Below, piece after piece: positions 8,189-17,896 of a stretch of DNA of 64,000 bases. The translations under genes were made by a program, and so were the position numbers. Source of the DNA: Candidatus Woesearchaeota archaeon. GTDB taxonomy: Archaea > Nanobdellota > Nanobdellia > Woesearchaeales > DSVV01. The stretch's first letter is position 1. Every line of letters starts with the position of its first letter. Location of the stretch: contig JAGVYH010000001.1 of assembly GCA_018303325.1 (NCBI GenBank), positions 24,849-88,848 of the forward strand, read 5' to 3'. The notes under the pieces were generated by a model. The model searched no databases and was not told the DNA's origin. It saw nothing but the letters and a program-made list of their open reading frames with translations.

Positions 8189-8372
8189 CGCTCTCAACTA
8201 GTTTGTGGGACGCAGTCCCCCGTCCCATGAAAAGTTTTTTACGTTTTTTAATCGTTATATAATTCGTTTAAGTTTAAAATAATAAATCCTTAATTAAATC
8301 ATCATGAACGTGTCCAATCAGGTAGGAAATAAAAAAAGAATTATGGAAAGGGTGGCTTCGCCCATGAACTAA
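8189..8372 (+). repeat. GC-hairpin-terminated intergenic element (family E), copy 1
   Basis: Left end cgctctcaac…GGGACgcaGTCCCccgtcccatga. Right end …gtgtccaatcaggtaggaaataaa…ggtggcttcgccc. These match the copies at 41237, 43928(-), 50085, 53537, 55226 and 58781. Confidence 0.75.
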
Positions 8373-8385
8373 TAAAACAGTTTAT

Positions 8386-10497
8386 TTAATAATTCTTAAT
8401 CAAGCTTTCAATAACTTCTTCCTTCCATCCTGCTTTGATTAATGCTGATTTAATTGACTCTTTTGGCATACCTTTCGCAGTATAATATCTGATATAATTT
8501 AATATTTGTTCACGCTCGTTTTTGTCCATAAACATTGCGTTATATTTTGTAAACAATTGCTGGATTGTGGGTTTATCCCAGCCTAAATTAATTAGCTGAA
8601 CAATGACTTGGTCTTTTGTCAGCCCGTTTTCTAACTGTGACTCAACATAATTAACAAAATTCTGTTCTATTGCCGATGTTTGCTGCGCAAGCTGCAGCGT
8701 CATTGGCTGAGCGAACATCGCTGACTGAACATTTTGGGGTTTTGTTTGCTGCATAGCCATATTATTTTGCTGTAAAAAACTAGGAGATTGCATAGAGGTT
8801 GTGTCTTGTTTTGTTGGTTGAGTTGTCTGATTTGTTGTTTGATTTGTTGATTGACTTCTTAATGCAAGCTCTCGTTTATGCATAAAAATTAATGAAGCAA
8901 TTAAACTTCCAATTAAAACAAATATAACAACACCCCACCAGTATGTTTTTCCTTTTGCTAATATGCTTATATTAGGTTGTTTTGTTAACGCTTTTCCAAC
9001 AACACCTTTTTCTGCTCCAAATTTTTGTTCTTGCTTCTGTTGTTTGGATGCAGCCATTTGTTGTGTTTGCTGCTGCGAAAATGTTAATTCTTCTGATGGC
9101 TCTGATGGTTCTAGCGCAGATTCATCATAAGTTTGTTCGCCGGATAAATCATTAATTTCTTCTCCACCAGCTAAACCATCCGAAGCAATTCCTTCAGGAG
9201 GTAACTGTCCTGATAATTGTTGTGTTGATGGAACCGATGGTTGTTGTAAGAAAGGTGGTTGTTGCAATCCTGTTTGTTGAGGTGGTGTTCCTTGTTGTTC
9301 ATCTTCTTCATAATCTTCTTCTTTATATCCTGCAGGCTGGCAAACGCCCATGCTGCTGCATACATAATTTTTTGCGCATTTATGCTGCTCATCGCATTGT
9401 ATACAGATTAAATAGTCTTGACTGCAAAACATTCCTGTTGTGCATTTAGTGTTGTCTGGTTCTCCATTATCATTCATGCAATCAATAATATCTAAATCAC
9501 ATATTCCTTCAAAACATAAAAACCCTTGCTGGCAATCTGCAGGTGTTTGCTCTGAGCAGGATGTTTTGCATTTGCCTGTATTGTCACAAGCAAAACCTGC
9601 TGTGCAGTCTTTTGATTGTGTTGATATGGTACATTCTGGCGTTGGAATAATTGGTGGTGGTGATGGTGAAGGAAGAGTTGAACCTAAAAGATTAGATGCT
9701 GATGCTGGAATAGTTTTGGCTAGTGGTGGTGTAGTTGGCGTGGAAACACATTCGCCTGTTGCTTTATTGCATATTTCATTTTCTGCGCAGTTTAAATCGT
9801 CAGTACATCCTAACGGTGTTTCGCAGATGCCTTCGTTGCATATCTCTCCTTGTGCGCAGGCAGGAACACATTCTGTCGGCGACAGAGGAACAGGAACACA
9901 TACATTATTCTCGCAGGTTTCTGTTTCTTCGCAGGCAGGAACACATTCTGTCGGCGACAGAGGAACAGGAACACATACATTATTCTCGCAGGTTTCTGTT
10001 TCTTTGCACGCAGGAACACATTCTATCGGCGACAGAGTAATTGAAGACACGCATATATTATTCTCGCAAGTTTCTGTTTCTTTGCACGCAGGAACACATT
10101 CTGTCGGCGACAGAGAAATAGGAACACATACATTATTCTCACAGGTTTCTGTTTCTTCGCAGGCAGGTGTACATTCTATTGATTGTGTTACAACATCTTC
10201 AACACATACATTATTCTCGCAATGCTGCCCTTCAATACATTCTGGAGTACAGCCAGTAAGAGTTTGTCCTTGTGTTCCGTCTGTTCCTTCTTTCGGCGCA
10301 TTCTCAGCACATATACTATTCTCGCAGTGCTCATTCACCCCGCAATCTTCATCTGCTTGGCATACTTCTCCAACTGCCTTTCCAAAGAAATCTTGGTTTA
10401 ATGTGCTAAATAAAAAGACAGAACTAACTAGTATAAGGATAATAGTAAGATATATTGCTATTTGCAATGGTTTTGTGAGCTGGATTTCTTTTGGCAT
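8386..10497 (-). CDS. Secreted Cys-rich surface protein: signal/TM, five tandem Cys-rich modules, a Thr/Pro/Gln-rich stalk, a TM helix, and a conserved cytoplasmic tail
   Basis: The N-terminal hydrophobic segment, the repeated ECVPACxETETCENNxCVP modules, the TM YWWGVVIFVLIGSLIASLIF, and a tail homologous to the tails of the 1574-aa and 2260-aa proteins. Confidence 0.7.
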   Translation of the reverse strand: MPKEIQLTKPLQIAIYLTIILILVSSVFLFSTLNQDFFGKAVGEVCQADEDCGVNEHCENSICAENAPKEGTDGTQGQTLTGCTPECIEGQHCENNVCVEDVVTQSIECTPACEETETCENNVCVPISLSPTECVPACKETETCENNICVSSITLSPIECVPACKETETCENNVCVPVPLSPTECVPACEETETCENNVCVPVPLSPTECVPACAQGEICNEGICETPLGCTDDLNCAENEICNKATGECVSTPTTPPLAKTIPASASNLLGSTLPSPSPPPIIPTPECTISTQSKDCTAGFACDNTGKCKTSCSEQTPADCQQGFLCFEGICDLDIIDCMNDNGEPDNTKCTTGMFCSQDYLICIQCDEQHKCAKNYVCSSMGVCQPAGYKEEDYEEDEQQGTPPQQTGLQQPPFLQQPSVPSTQQLSGQLPPEGIASDGLAGGEEINDLSGEQTYDESALEPSEPSEELTFSQQQTQQMAASKQQKQEQKFGAEKGVVGKALTKQPNISILAKGKTYWWGVVIFVLIGSLIASLIFMHKRELALRSQSTNQTTNQTTQPTKQDTTSMQSPSFLQQNNMAMQQTKPQNVQSAMFAQPMTLQLAQQTSAIEQNFVNYVESQLENGLTKDQVIVQLINLGWDKPTIQQLFTKYNAMFMDKNEREQILNYIRYYTAKGMPKESIKSALIKAGWKEEVIESLIKNY
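9790..10210. repeat. Intragenic tandem repeats of about 75 bp (five units) that encode the Cys-rich modules
   Basis: Near-identical DNA units are visible (…ggaacacattctgtcggcgacagaggaacaggaacacatacattattctcgcaggtttctgtttctt…). Confidence 0.8.
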
Positions 10498-10648
10498 CTA
10501 TTCACCGCTTTTTTTGATTTCCCTAATTTAAATGATTTTTCTACATCTTAGTTTGGATATGTAATCTTGTTATATATAATTATTTTGTTTTTTGCAAATT
10601 TAAAATTTAAATGTGAAAAAAATAGGGAAGATAAACCTTCCTTGATAA

Positions 10649-11185
10649 TTATAGCAATTTCTTCATCTCAAATACAAATCCTTTTGCTCTCTCCAAAGAG
10701 GTTACTGCTTTGCCTTGTTTTGCCTGCTCATCCATTTGGTATTGAAATTTTGAGCGTTTTTCCCGCTCTTCATCAAGAGATTTCAACAAGGCATCTGCTC
10801 GTTGAGACATTAATTCCATTGCATCTTCTTGGGCATTTTCATATTCTTCCAATAGGTTTTTCTTGAGTTTATCTCGAACAAAAACAATAATTGCATCTGC
10901 TGTTACTTTATGGCTAACCTTATCTCCTACTTTATATCCTAAATTCAATAGAACAGCATTGGCAATGTAATACATTGAATAGTATGAAGCAACAATTACC
11001 CAAAGAAAAGGGTGATATTCTTTACTTTCCAATGCAAGAAGTTTTTTGGCTGTTTCCAAAGAAATATCAGCATTCACTATATACATTGCTTTGGCAGTTT
11101 CATTTGTCTGTTTCTTCAGCAGACTATCTTGTAGATACTGCCTTACATTTGACTCCGCTTCTTTAATACGTTTTTGGTCAAGCAT
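10649..11185 (-). CDS. HEPN-domain protein, the toxin-like partner of a HEPN/MNT module
   Basis: Helical protein of about 180 aa. Its start overlaps the stop of the upstream MNT gene by 8 nt. Confidence 0.55.
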   Translation of the reverse strand: MLDQKRIKEAESNVRQYLQDSLLKKQTNETAKAMYIVNADISLETAKKLLALESKEYHPFLWVIVASYYSMYYIANAVLLNLGYKVGDKVSHKVTADAIIVFVRDKLKKNLLEEYENAQEDAMELMSQRADALLKSLDEEREKRSKFQYQMDEQAKQGKAVTSLERAKGFVFEMKKLL

Positions 11186-11753
11186 TTTTCAGTTTATAGT
11201 AAGTTTCAATTCCATACAAGATTATATTATTTTCTATTGCCTCTTGTATTACATTTGAGGTTTTGGAATCTTTCATCCGTATAAATTCCTCTTCTGTAAA
11301 TACCAAAACATGAGTGTTTAGAGGAATTAAAGAGAGAATATCTGAAATTTTAGGTTCAAAATTGCTCTCATTAGATATAAATAAGATGTCAATATCAGAT
11401 GAGGTTGTTTGTTTACCTTTTGAATAAGAACCAAATAAAAGTAAGGTAAACAAACTTGTTTTTACTTTTGACATAATTTCTTTGTAGAGTTGGTTAATAT
11501 TCTTGTTTTTAAGGATGTTTTCTCTTCTTTCATTTTCTGCTTCATAAATTTCAATGCAGTAACACTTTTCGTTTAATTCACATAAAGAGCTTTTTCCTAC
11601 TGTTTGAACTTTGAGAACCTTTTTTTCGATGAGTCTTTGTACTGCGGTATAGGTTATTCTATAATCTGCTTTAATTTGTTTAGCAATTTCTCTAATTGTT
11701 TTTGGTTTTTTGTTTCCGATAAAATGCCTAACTATTTTTAGCTCTGTTTTCAT
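11178..11753 (-). CDS. Minimal nucleotidyltransferase (MNT) with an N-terminal wHTH, the antitoxin-like partner of HEPN
   Basis: Motif LLLFGSYSKGKQTTSSDIDILFIS, an N-terminal HTH (TIREIAKQI…), and overlap with the HEPN gene. Confidence 0.7.
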   Translation of the reverse strand: MKTELKIVRHFIGNKKPKTIREIAKQIKADYRITYTAVQRLIEKKVLKVQTVGKSSLCELNEKCYCIEIYEAENERRENILKNKNINQLYKEIMSKVKTSLFTLLLFGSYSKGKQTTSSDIDILFISNESNFEPKISDILSLIPLNTHVLVFTEEEFIRMKDSKTSNVIQEAIENNIILYGIETYYKLKNA

Positions 11754-11799
11754 TATGTACTACGATACATCATATTATGTATATAAATCTTTCTGTTAA

Positions 11800-14700
11800 T
11801 TACCTCACCAAAAACTTGTCAATAACATTATCGCTCCATCCCTGAGCTTTAAGTTTTTCCCTGATTTCCTCTGGTGTGTTTCCTTTGTCAAGATAATATG
11901 CAACATACTTCCTTATTTGCTGCTCATATTCCTTTGGCAGCGCATTGTGGAGCTCTTCGTCAAAGATTTGATTAATGTTTTCTATGTTGTAGCCAATTCT
12001 TTCAAGGTTCTTGGTTATTTCTTCTCTGTCTTTTCCTTGACTAAGCTCTTTTTTAATAAAATCTTTTAGCTCATCTTTTTTCATAGAAGTTTCTTCTCTT
12101 GTTTCTTTTGGCGGCTCAGCTCCTTTAAAGGGTTTACGCAGTTCTTCTGGCTGTTCTATTCCTGCGATTACTTCTTCGTGCGGATGTTGTTTTCTTGTTA
12201 TAAGGAATACAATCAATCCTATTAATAGCAAGAAAGGTATTAATGTCCACCAGTATCCTTTTATTTTGTCAAACAAAGGTGTTTCGACAACAGGCGGTAT
12301 TACTTGTGTTGGTAATGTTATCGGTGGTGTGATTATAGGCGCTTCTTTAATCATTGGCTCTTCGCAAGGTTTGCACTTCTTGCCGCCACAGTCTATTCCG
12401 TATTCATCTGCATCTTTTTTATTATTGAAGCAATAATCAGGGCATTTTAATGCACATTTGCCACCACAGTCAACACCTTCTTCGCCAATATCTTTCATTT
12501 TATTGTTGCAACCCGGCGCATAACTCGGCGTGTTGCCTTTGCAGTCATACTGGAACAATAAAGACGTGCCACACTTGCTTAAGCATTTGTAGATTATCTT
12601 GTCTTGAACGCAAGGCGTGTAAGCTTTTTGTGCGTGGCATTTGGCTGAATCCTGCGGGAGCATGCATTCGTTGCTACCACCGCTACTACTTCCACCACTA
12701 GATTGAGCTTGTCCTTGGTCTGGTGGTGGTGTATCTGTGTCAACTGCTGTTGCTTCTGCACAAATGTTGTTAACACAATATGATTTGGTTGTATCTGTGC
12801 AGTCTGTGTTAGATAAACATTCATACATTGGGTCAACACAAACACCTTCTTTTACACACTTGTTATTAGAATTACATTGATAATCTGCTCCACAACCAGA
12901 AGTTGTTGTACTAGTATCACAAACAACTTCTTTACCATCTGCTTTTTCTATATCTGTTATTAAACATTTTTTAGCGATACTATTTTGTTCACAAACAGAG
13001 TTGTCAATACAATTTACTGATTGTAAACAGACACCTAGTTTACACTGTCCATTTGGACAATAATCAGAAAATGGTGATGTTGCTTCTAGTTGTGGTGTGA
13101 TTTCATTTCCATTCTCGTCAAATAATGTCGCAATTACTTTCCAGTCTTTGCATTCTTTGTTTTCTTGGACGACGAGGTGGTTGTATGCGTTTGTTAAGGC
13201 ATCTTGTTTTGGTGTTATTGTAATAACTCCATCACTTGTTGTTGTTTCCATCACGCTGTCATAATTTGCTTTGATTTGTTCTGGTGTTAAGGCGCGGGAG
13301 TAGAGTTTGAATTCGTCGATGACTGTAGATTTGAGGTAACTATCTACTTTAATTGTATTGATATACATAATTTCACTATGTCCAAGATAAAGCTCTTCAA
13401 ATATTAATGGTGTTGAGATTGTTAGTAAGTTAGTTTCACAATATAATTCATTGTTAACATAGACACTTGCTTTAGTTCCATCATAAATTAGATTAACATA
13501 ATTCCATTCAACATTTAAAGGTTTGTTACCAGTACAACTAATTGTGATATCCCCCACTTTTAGATTTATTTTTAATAAAGGCTGTCCATTGTTATTAATA
13601 ATTTCAAATATATCTTGTGGTTTTTCATCGCTACTAAATGGTGTTCCAAATAAAGGACCTTCACTAGTAGATTTTATATTTGCCCAGAATTCAATAGTAA
13701 ATTCATTTAAGTTTGACAATTTATTTGAAATAATATCAACAAAGTAATTATATTCAGTACCACTTGTAGCTATTACTTTTCCTAAATTTTTACCCTTTCC
13801 TATTATTCCATCTATTATTGTTATTCCTGGTTGTAATACCACACCATGAAGATTTAAAGTATTATGACTGTTTCCAGAAATATCCATCAACTCAGCTTCC
13901 AACGGCAAATTCAATAAAGTAATTGATTCATAATTTGATTCTGTTCCATCATACCAATTATAGTGAACACTTCCAACTGTTGGTGTGAATCCTTCAGGAA
14001 TAGTTGTTTCTGCAACAAAGTCGCCATTATTTTCTCTTATTAGTGTTAATGTTGGTGGTGTTACTTCTGCTTCACACTCGCTGATTTCAAAGTCGAAAGT
14101 GTCGTCTGTGACTACTTTAGTTCCTTTATTATCTATCTTTGTTAATGTAACTTTCATACAAGTATCGTCGGCAAGAGTAAATTCTTTAGGTATGTTTAGT
14201 TCAAGACCATCAATGCAAGTTCCTTGAACACAAAATTGGTCTGAAGTACATTCAGATTTACAGGTTTGTTCTTCCTCTTCAACACAAACACCTTTTTGAC
14301 AAACACTCCCATCTGAACATAAAGTATCTAATTCATTCGTCGTAAGCATTTCATCAAATGCTCCACTTTCTCTAAACCAATACCCATCTACTTCCCACTT
14401 TCCACATTCTTTGTTCATGCTTGGAACTAAAGTGTTGTATGAGGTGTAATGTGCTGTATCTTTTACATTACCTTGAGCGTCTATTACACTGTCATAATTA
14501 GCTTGAACTTGTTCAGGTGATAAGGCGATGTCGTAGAGCTTGAATTCGTCGATGAGGCCTAAATAATTTGCTGTTTTTCCAAGATAAAAAGGTGCAGCTA
14601 ATTGTCCAAACGTAAATTCTAAAGAAGTATAATCTATTTCACCTTTATTCTCATCATTTAGATATACAGTTAATTTATTATTTGTTTTGTCATAAACAAC

Positions 14701-16524
14701 AACAAGGTGATTCCATATCTTTTGTGTATATTCAATACTAACTTTATTATCCCATGGGATTTGTTTGTCTTGATTATCTTTACCAATCCAACCTATAATG
14801 AGATTAGGTTTATCATTAACATTCTCTTGTCCAATAATGAATGAGTTTTTATCTGCTATCTCGTTTATCATATTAACTTTTTCAAATAAATATCCTAAAT
14901 TTTCACTATTAAACCACATCTCTATCGTAAAATCATTGTCTAAAACTAAGTTTTCATCGCCAATTTCAACGTAATCATTAACGCCGTCAAAACTAAGAGC
15001 ATGTCCGACAATACCTTTTGATTGAGTAATAATATCATTAACTGTACTGTCAATATTAAGAGTACCACTTATTTCATATAATTGGGTGGTTGTAGTGGAT
15101 TTTTTTTCCATCGGCAGATTAACCACAGTGATTGATTTACTACTACCAACTACTCTTTTTTTCCAGTTGTAATGCATACTGCCCATGAAATCTGATGGTT
15201 GAGATGGTTCTGGAAATAATGAGACAATGAGGTCTTCATTATCTGTTTTATCTAGAATAATAGATGAAAGTGTATATTCTCCACACTCTTTTATAGAAAA
15301 ATCAATATTATCATTAGTATCAATATCTAAAATAGTAACTTCAAAACAAGTATTATCATCTGTATATAGTTTATATGTTTCACCAATGCCTAAAGAATCT
15401 ATTGGCTCACCAACACACTTTGCTTCTTCGCAAGAAGAACTCCCAGAAGGACAACTTGTCATTTTTTCAACTAAACATTGCTGGCCAAATTGGCAATCAG
15501 AGTTTGCTAAACAATTCAAACTTATTGTTTTGCCAATTACAGAAACAAAATCTCCTGTTTGTTTACCAAACAGATTTTCTTTAATTGTCCATGTGGGGAG
15601 AACAGGTCCACCAACAAAGATATTATTTGCATGTAATGTTTCAAAGCTTTTTCCATTTTTCATATCTTGATAATTTGCTTCTATTTGGCTTAAAGACAAA
15701 GCACGAGGATAAATTCTAACTTCATCAACAATGAGGTTACCATTTAGAGAATTTAAACGTTTAGGTAATATATTTAAGTTATATTGTGTTAAAGAATTAA
15801 TAGGGTGATATCCAATATATTTTGTTTGTAACTTATCATCTGTTTTCAAGAACAGAGATTGTTTGTCATATCCAAAAACAACATAAACAAAATCATCTTT
15901 GGGAAGAGGATTGCAATCAAAGGAGTTGATTGTATACAACGTATCATACTCATCATAAAAACCAGCATTAATTTTATAACCTAATTGAACTCCAAAACCA
16001 GTAGAGATAAAACACATTTCTAAACTCAAAAAGTATTGATCTCGATTAGATAATAAGTTTATTTTTGAATTAGATTCAAGATTTTTGATTTTAAACCTTG
16101 TTTCTATTGTAAATTCATTTTTACCTGACAATAAATTCTTAAAATGGTCATCAGTAAAAACTAAACTTTGTTCTTTGTCGCTAAGATCAAACTCAATCGC
16201 TGTTCCTACAACCGTCTCATCAAGAAAAGGAATATATAAAATGGGTGGATTATCTTGTGGGAATAATTGTCCTTCCATTCCTGAAACAATATCCTTTGTC
16301 TTACCATTTGGATTGAGTACCATAGGTAAATTAAGCAGTGCCAACGAGCCATAGATAATTGGTGACTCCCAATTAAGAGCAACCATAATATCATTGCTTT
16401 CAATAGGATTTACCTTAACACCATCTTTAGTCACAGTAAAATAATTGTTATCCGCAACTACAAAAACAAAACTTAAAACAAGGATTAATATAATTAAAAT
16501 TATAATTATCCCTTTATTTTTCAA
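11800..16524 (-). CDS. Giant (1574 aa) surface protein with three LamG/ConA-like lectin domains, Cys-rich EGF-like modules, a C-terminal TM helix and a conserved cytoplasmic tail
   Basis: N-terminal signal/TM. LamG_3-type motifs (DEVRIYPRALSLSQIEANYQD, IDEFKLYDIALSPEQVQANYDSV, IDEFKLYSRALTPEQIKANYDSV). TM YWWTLIPFLLLIGLIVFLI. The tail aligns with those of the 703-aa and 2260-aa proteins. Confidence 0.75.
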   Translation of the reverse strand: MKNKGIIIILIILILVLSFVFVVADNNYFTVTKDGVKVNPIESNDIMVALNWESPIIYGSLALLNLPMVLNPNGKTKDIVSGMEGQLFPQDNPPILYIPFLDETVVGTAIEFDLSDKEQSLVFTDDHFKNLLSGKNEFTIETRFKIKNLESNSKINLLSNRDQYFLSLEMCFISTGFGVQLGYKINAGFYDEYDTLYTINSFDCNPLPKDDFVYVVFGYDKQSLFLKTDDKLQTKYIGYHPINSLTQYNLNILPKRLNSLNGNLIVDEVRIYPRALSLSQIEANYQDMKNGKSFETLHANNIFVGGPVLPTWTIKENLFGKQTGDFVSVIGKTISLNCLANSDCQFGQQCLVEKMTSCPSGSSSCEEAKCVGEPIDSLGIGETYKLYTDDNTCFEVTILDIDTNDNIDFSIKECGEYTLSSIILDKTDNEDLIVSLFPEPSQPSDFMGSMHYNWKKRVVGSSKSITVVNLPMEKKSTTTTQLYEISGTLNIDSTVNDIITQSKGIVGHALSFDGVNDYVEIGDENLVLDNDFTIEMWFNSENLGYLFEKVNMINEIADKNSFIIGQENVNDKPNLIIGWIGKDNQDKQIPWDNKVSIEYTQKIWNHLVVVYDKTNNKLTVYLNDENKGEIDYTSLEFTFGQLAAPFYLGKTANYLGLIDEFKLYDIALSPEQVQANYDSVIDAQGNVKDTAHYTSYNTLVPSMNKECGKWEVDGYWFRESGAFDEMLTTNELDTLCSDGSVCQKGVCVEEEEQTCKSECTSDQFCVQGTCIDGLELNIPKEFTLADDTCMKVTLTKIDNKGTKVVTDDTFDFEISECEAEVTPPTLTLIRENNGDFVAETTIPEGFTPTVGSVHYNWYDGTESNYESITLLNLPLEAELMDISGNSHNTLNLHGVVLQPGITIIDGIIGKGKNLGKVIATSGTEYNYFVDIISNKLSNLNEFTIEFWANIKSTSEGPLFGTPFSSDEKPQDIFEIINNNGQPLLKINLKVGDITISCTGNKPLNVEWNYVNLIYDGTKASVYVNNELYCETNLLTISTPLIFEELYLGHSEIMYINTIKVDSYLKSTVIDEFKLYSRALTPEQIKANYDSVMETTTSDGVITITPKQDALTNAYNHLVVQENKECKDWKVIATLFDENGNEITPQLEATSPFSDYCPNGQCKLGVCLQSVNCIDNSVCEQNSIAKKCLITDIEKADGKEVVCDTSTTTSGCGADYQCNSNNKCVKEGVCVDPMYECLSNTDCTDTTKSYCVNNICAEATAVDTDTPPPDQGQAQSSGGSSSGGSNECMLPQDSAKCHAQKAYTPCVQDKIIYKCLSKCGTSLLFQYDCKGNTPSYAPGCNNKMKDIGEEGVDCGGKCALKCPDYCFNNKKDADEYGIDCGGKKCKPCEEPMIKEAPIITPPITLPTQVIPPVVETPLFDKIKGYWWTLIPFLLLIGLIVFLITRKQHPHEEVIAGIEQPEELRKPFKGAEPPKETREETSMKKDELKDFIKKELSQGKDREEITKNLERIGYNIENINQIFDEELHNALPKEYEQQIRKYVAYYLDKGNTPEEIREKLKAQGWSDNVIDKFLVR

Positions 16525-16584
16525 GAAAATCCCCTCCTCTTTTTTAGTATTATCATTTCAATCATTTTTTATTTTTTAAAAAAT

Positions 16585-17046
16585 TTATTTAGCATCATTA
16601 CCAGAACTGCCACTACTACCAGTTTCACTGCCTGTTCCTGTTCCACTCCCACTCGCTACTGGTAAGATACAATCATTATCTGCTTTATCTATCTTCTCAT
16701 CACAATCATCATCTTTGTTGTTGTTACATATCGTTTCTTTTTGCTCACATGTATCAACTTTTATTTCACTTAATGCTTTAGAATTATCAGCTAATGTTTT
16801 GACAGAACCAAGACTTAATAAATAGTTTTTATCGTTATAACTAAATTTATATGTTGTTGAGGGAGATTTATCATTCACATTTAATTCGTTATCTGAAACT
16901 ACCCCTATTGATGTGTATGCTTTTCCAATAAGATCAGTAGGGTTAAGCAAATTAAACAACTGGTATGCACCAACTAAAACAAGCAGAACAATTAAGATTA
17001 ATATGACTTTTTCGTATGTTTTTTTATACCCTTTCATTAAAATCAC
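16585..17046 (-). CDS. Small N-terminally anchored secreted protein ending in a Gly/Ser tract and NDAK; paralogue of 21386..21943
   Basis: TM ILILIVLLVLVGAY. C-terminus …GSGTGTGSETGSSGSSGNDAK. Confidence 0.55.
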   Translation of the reverse strand: MILMKGYKKTYEKVILILIVLLVLVGAYQLFNLLNPTDLIGKAYTSIGVVSDNELNVNDKSPSTTYKFSYNDKNYLLSLGSVKTLADNSKALSEIKVDTCEQKETICNNNKDDDCDEKIDKADNDCILPVASGSGTGTGSETGSSGSSGNDAK

Positions 17047-17150
17047 CTTTTTGTTTAGACATAAATATATATCTCTATGATTTTTATATCTTCTACTATA
17101 TAAAGTTTATTATTTAATTTATATAAATAATTTATAGATAAAATATAATA

Positions 17151-17861
17151 TTAATCATATTTAGAAAACAAATCATTCCATCTAATTCTTGTGATATCTA
17201 AAAACATTTTAACACCATCTTTTAAAAGAGTGACTTTTGTATCTTTGTTGTTGAGCCATCTGACTGGCTGTTCTTTTATGTTATAACCATATTTTTTTGC
17301 AAGGTAAATTACTTCAACATCAAAACTAAATCCATCTAATCTTTGTTTGGTAAAAATCCCATGTGCCACGCCTTTTTTAAATAATTTAAATCCGCATTGT
17401 GTATCTTTAATTCCTCTTATAACAAAGAGTTGAACTATTAAATTAAAAACCTTACCGCTAAATTCTCTAAAAAAAGGCTGATGTATAATTACATTTGATT
17501 CCTTTAAGCCTCTTGAACCTATTACAACATCATATTGTTTAATAATGTCCAAAAATACATCTAATTCATCAATTGGTGCTGATAAATCTGCATCAGTAAA
17601 TAATATTAACTCCTTTGTTGCAGATAAAATACCTTTTCTAACTGAATAACCTTTGCCCTTATTTACATTGTTTTTGAGAACGTTAATCTTTTTATTTTTT
17701 AAAGAATTTGCAACTTCAATAGTTTTATCAGAAGAACCATCATCTACTATAATAATCTCATAATTATGTTTTCTCAATTTCAAGAATTGAATAATTTTTT
17801 TGAGAGAATCTAAAATACGCTTTTCTTCATTATATACGGGGATTACAATTGAAATATCCAT
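17151..17861 (-). CDS. GT2 family glycosyltransferase (dolichyl-phosphate sugar synthase-like)
   Basis: ISIVIPVYNEE…IIIVDDGSSDKT…DADL motif pattern and a size of 236 aa. Confidence 0.75.
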   Translation of the reverse strand: MDISIVIPVYNEEKRILDSLKKIIQFLKLRKHNYEIIIVDDGSSDKTIEVANSLKNKKINVLKNNVNKGKGYSVRKGILSATKELILFTDADLSAPIDELDVFLDIIKQYDVVIGSRGLKESNVIIHQPFFREFSGKVFNLIVQLFVIRGIKDTQCGFKLFKKGVAHGIFTKQRLDGFSFDVEVIYLAKKYGYNIKEQPVRWLNNKDTKVTLLKDGVKMFLDITRIRWNDLFSKYD

Positions 17862-17896
17862 CTTATTGTAATAATTTTTGTGAAGTTTATATTTTT

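Noticed and set aside
9440-10531. 363-aa ORF on the + strand
   Set aside because: It is antisense to the well-supported 703-aa surface-protein gene and runs through its tandem repeats. The translation is low-complexity (repetitive 'GTHS…LFSQVSVS'), so it is an artefact of the repeat.
12450-16354. Several 60-150-aa ORFs on the + strand inside the 1574-aa gene (12450, 13523, 13985, 15227, 16085)
   Set aside because: They are all antisense to a continuous, domain-rich 4.7-kb reading frame, so I treat them as spurious.
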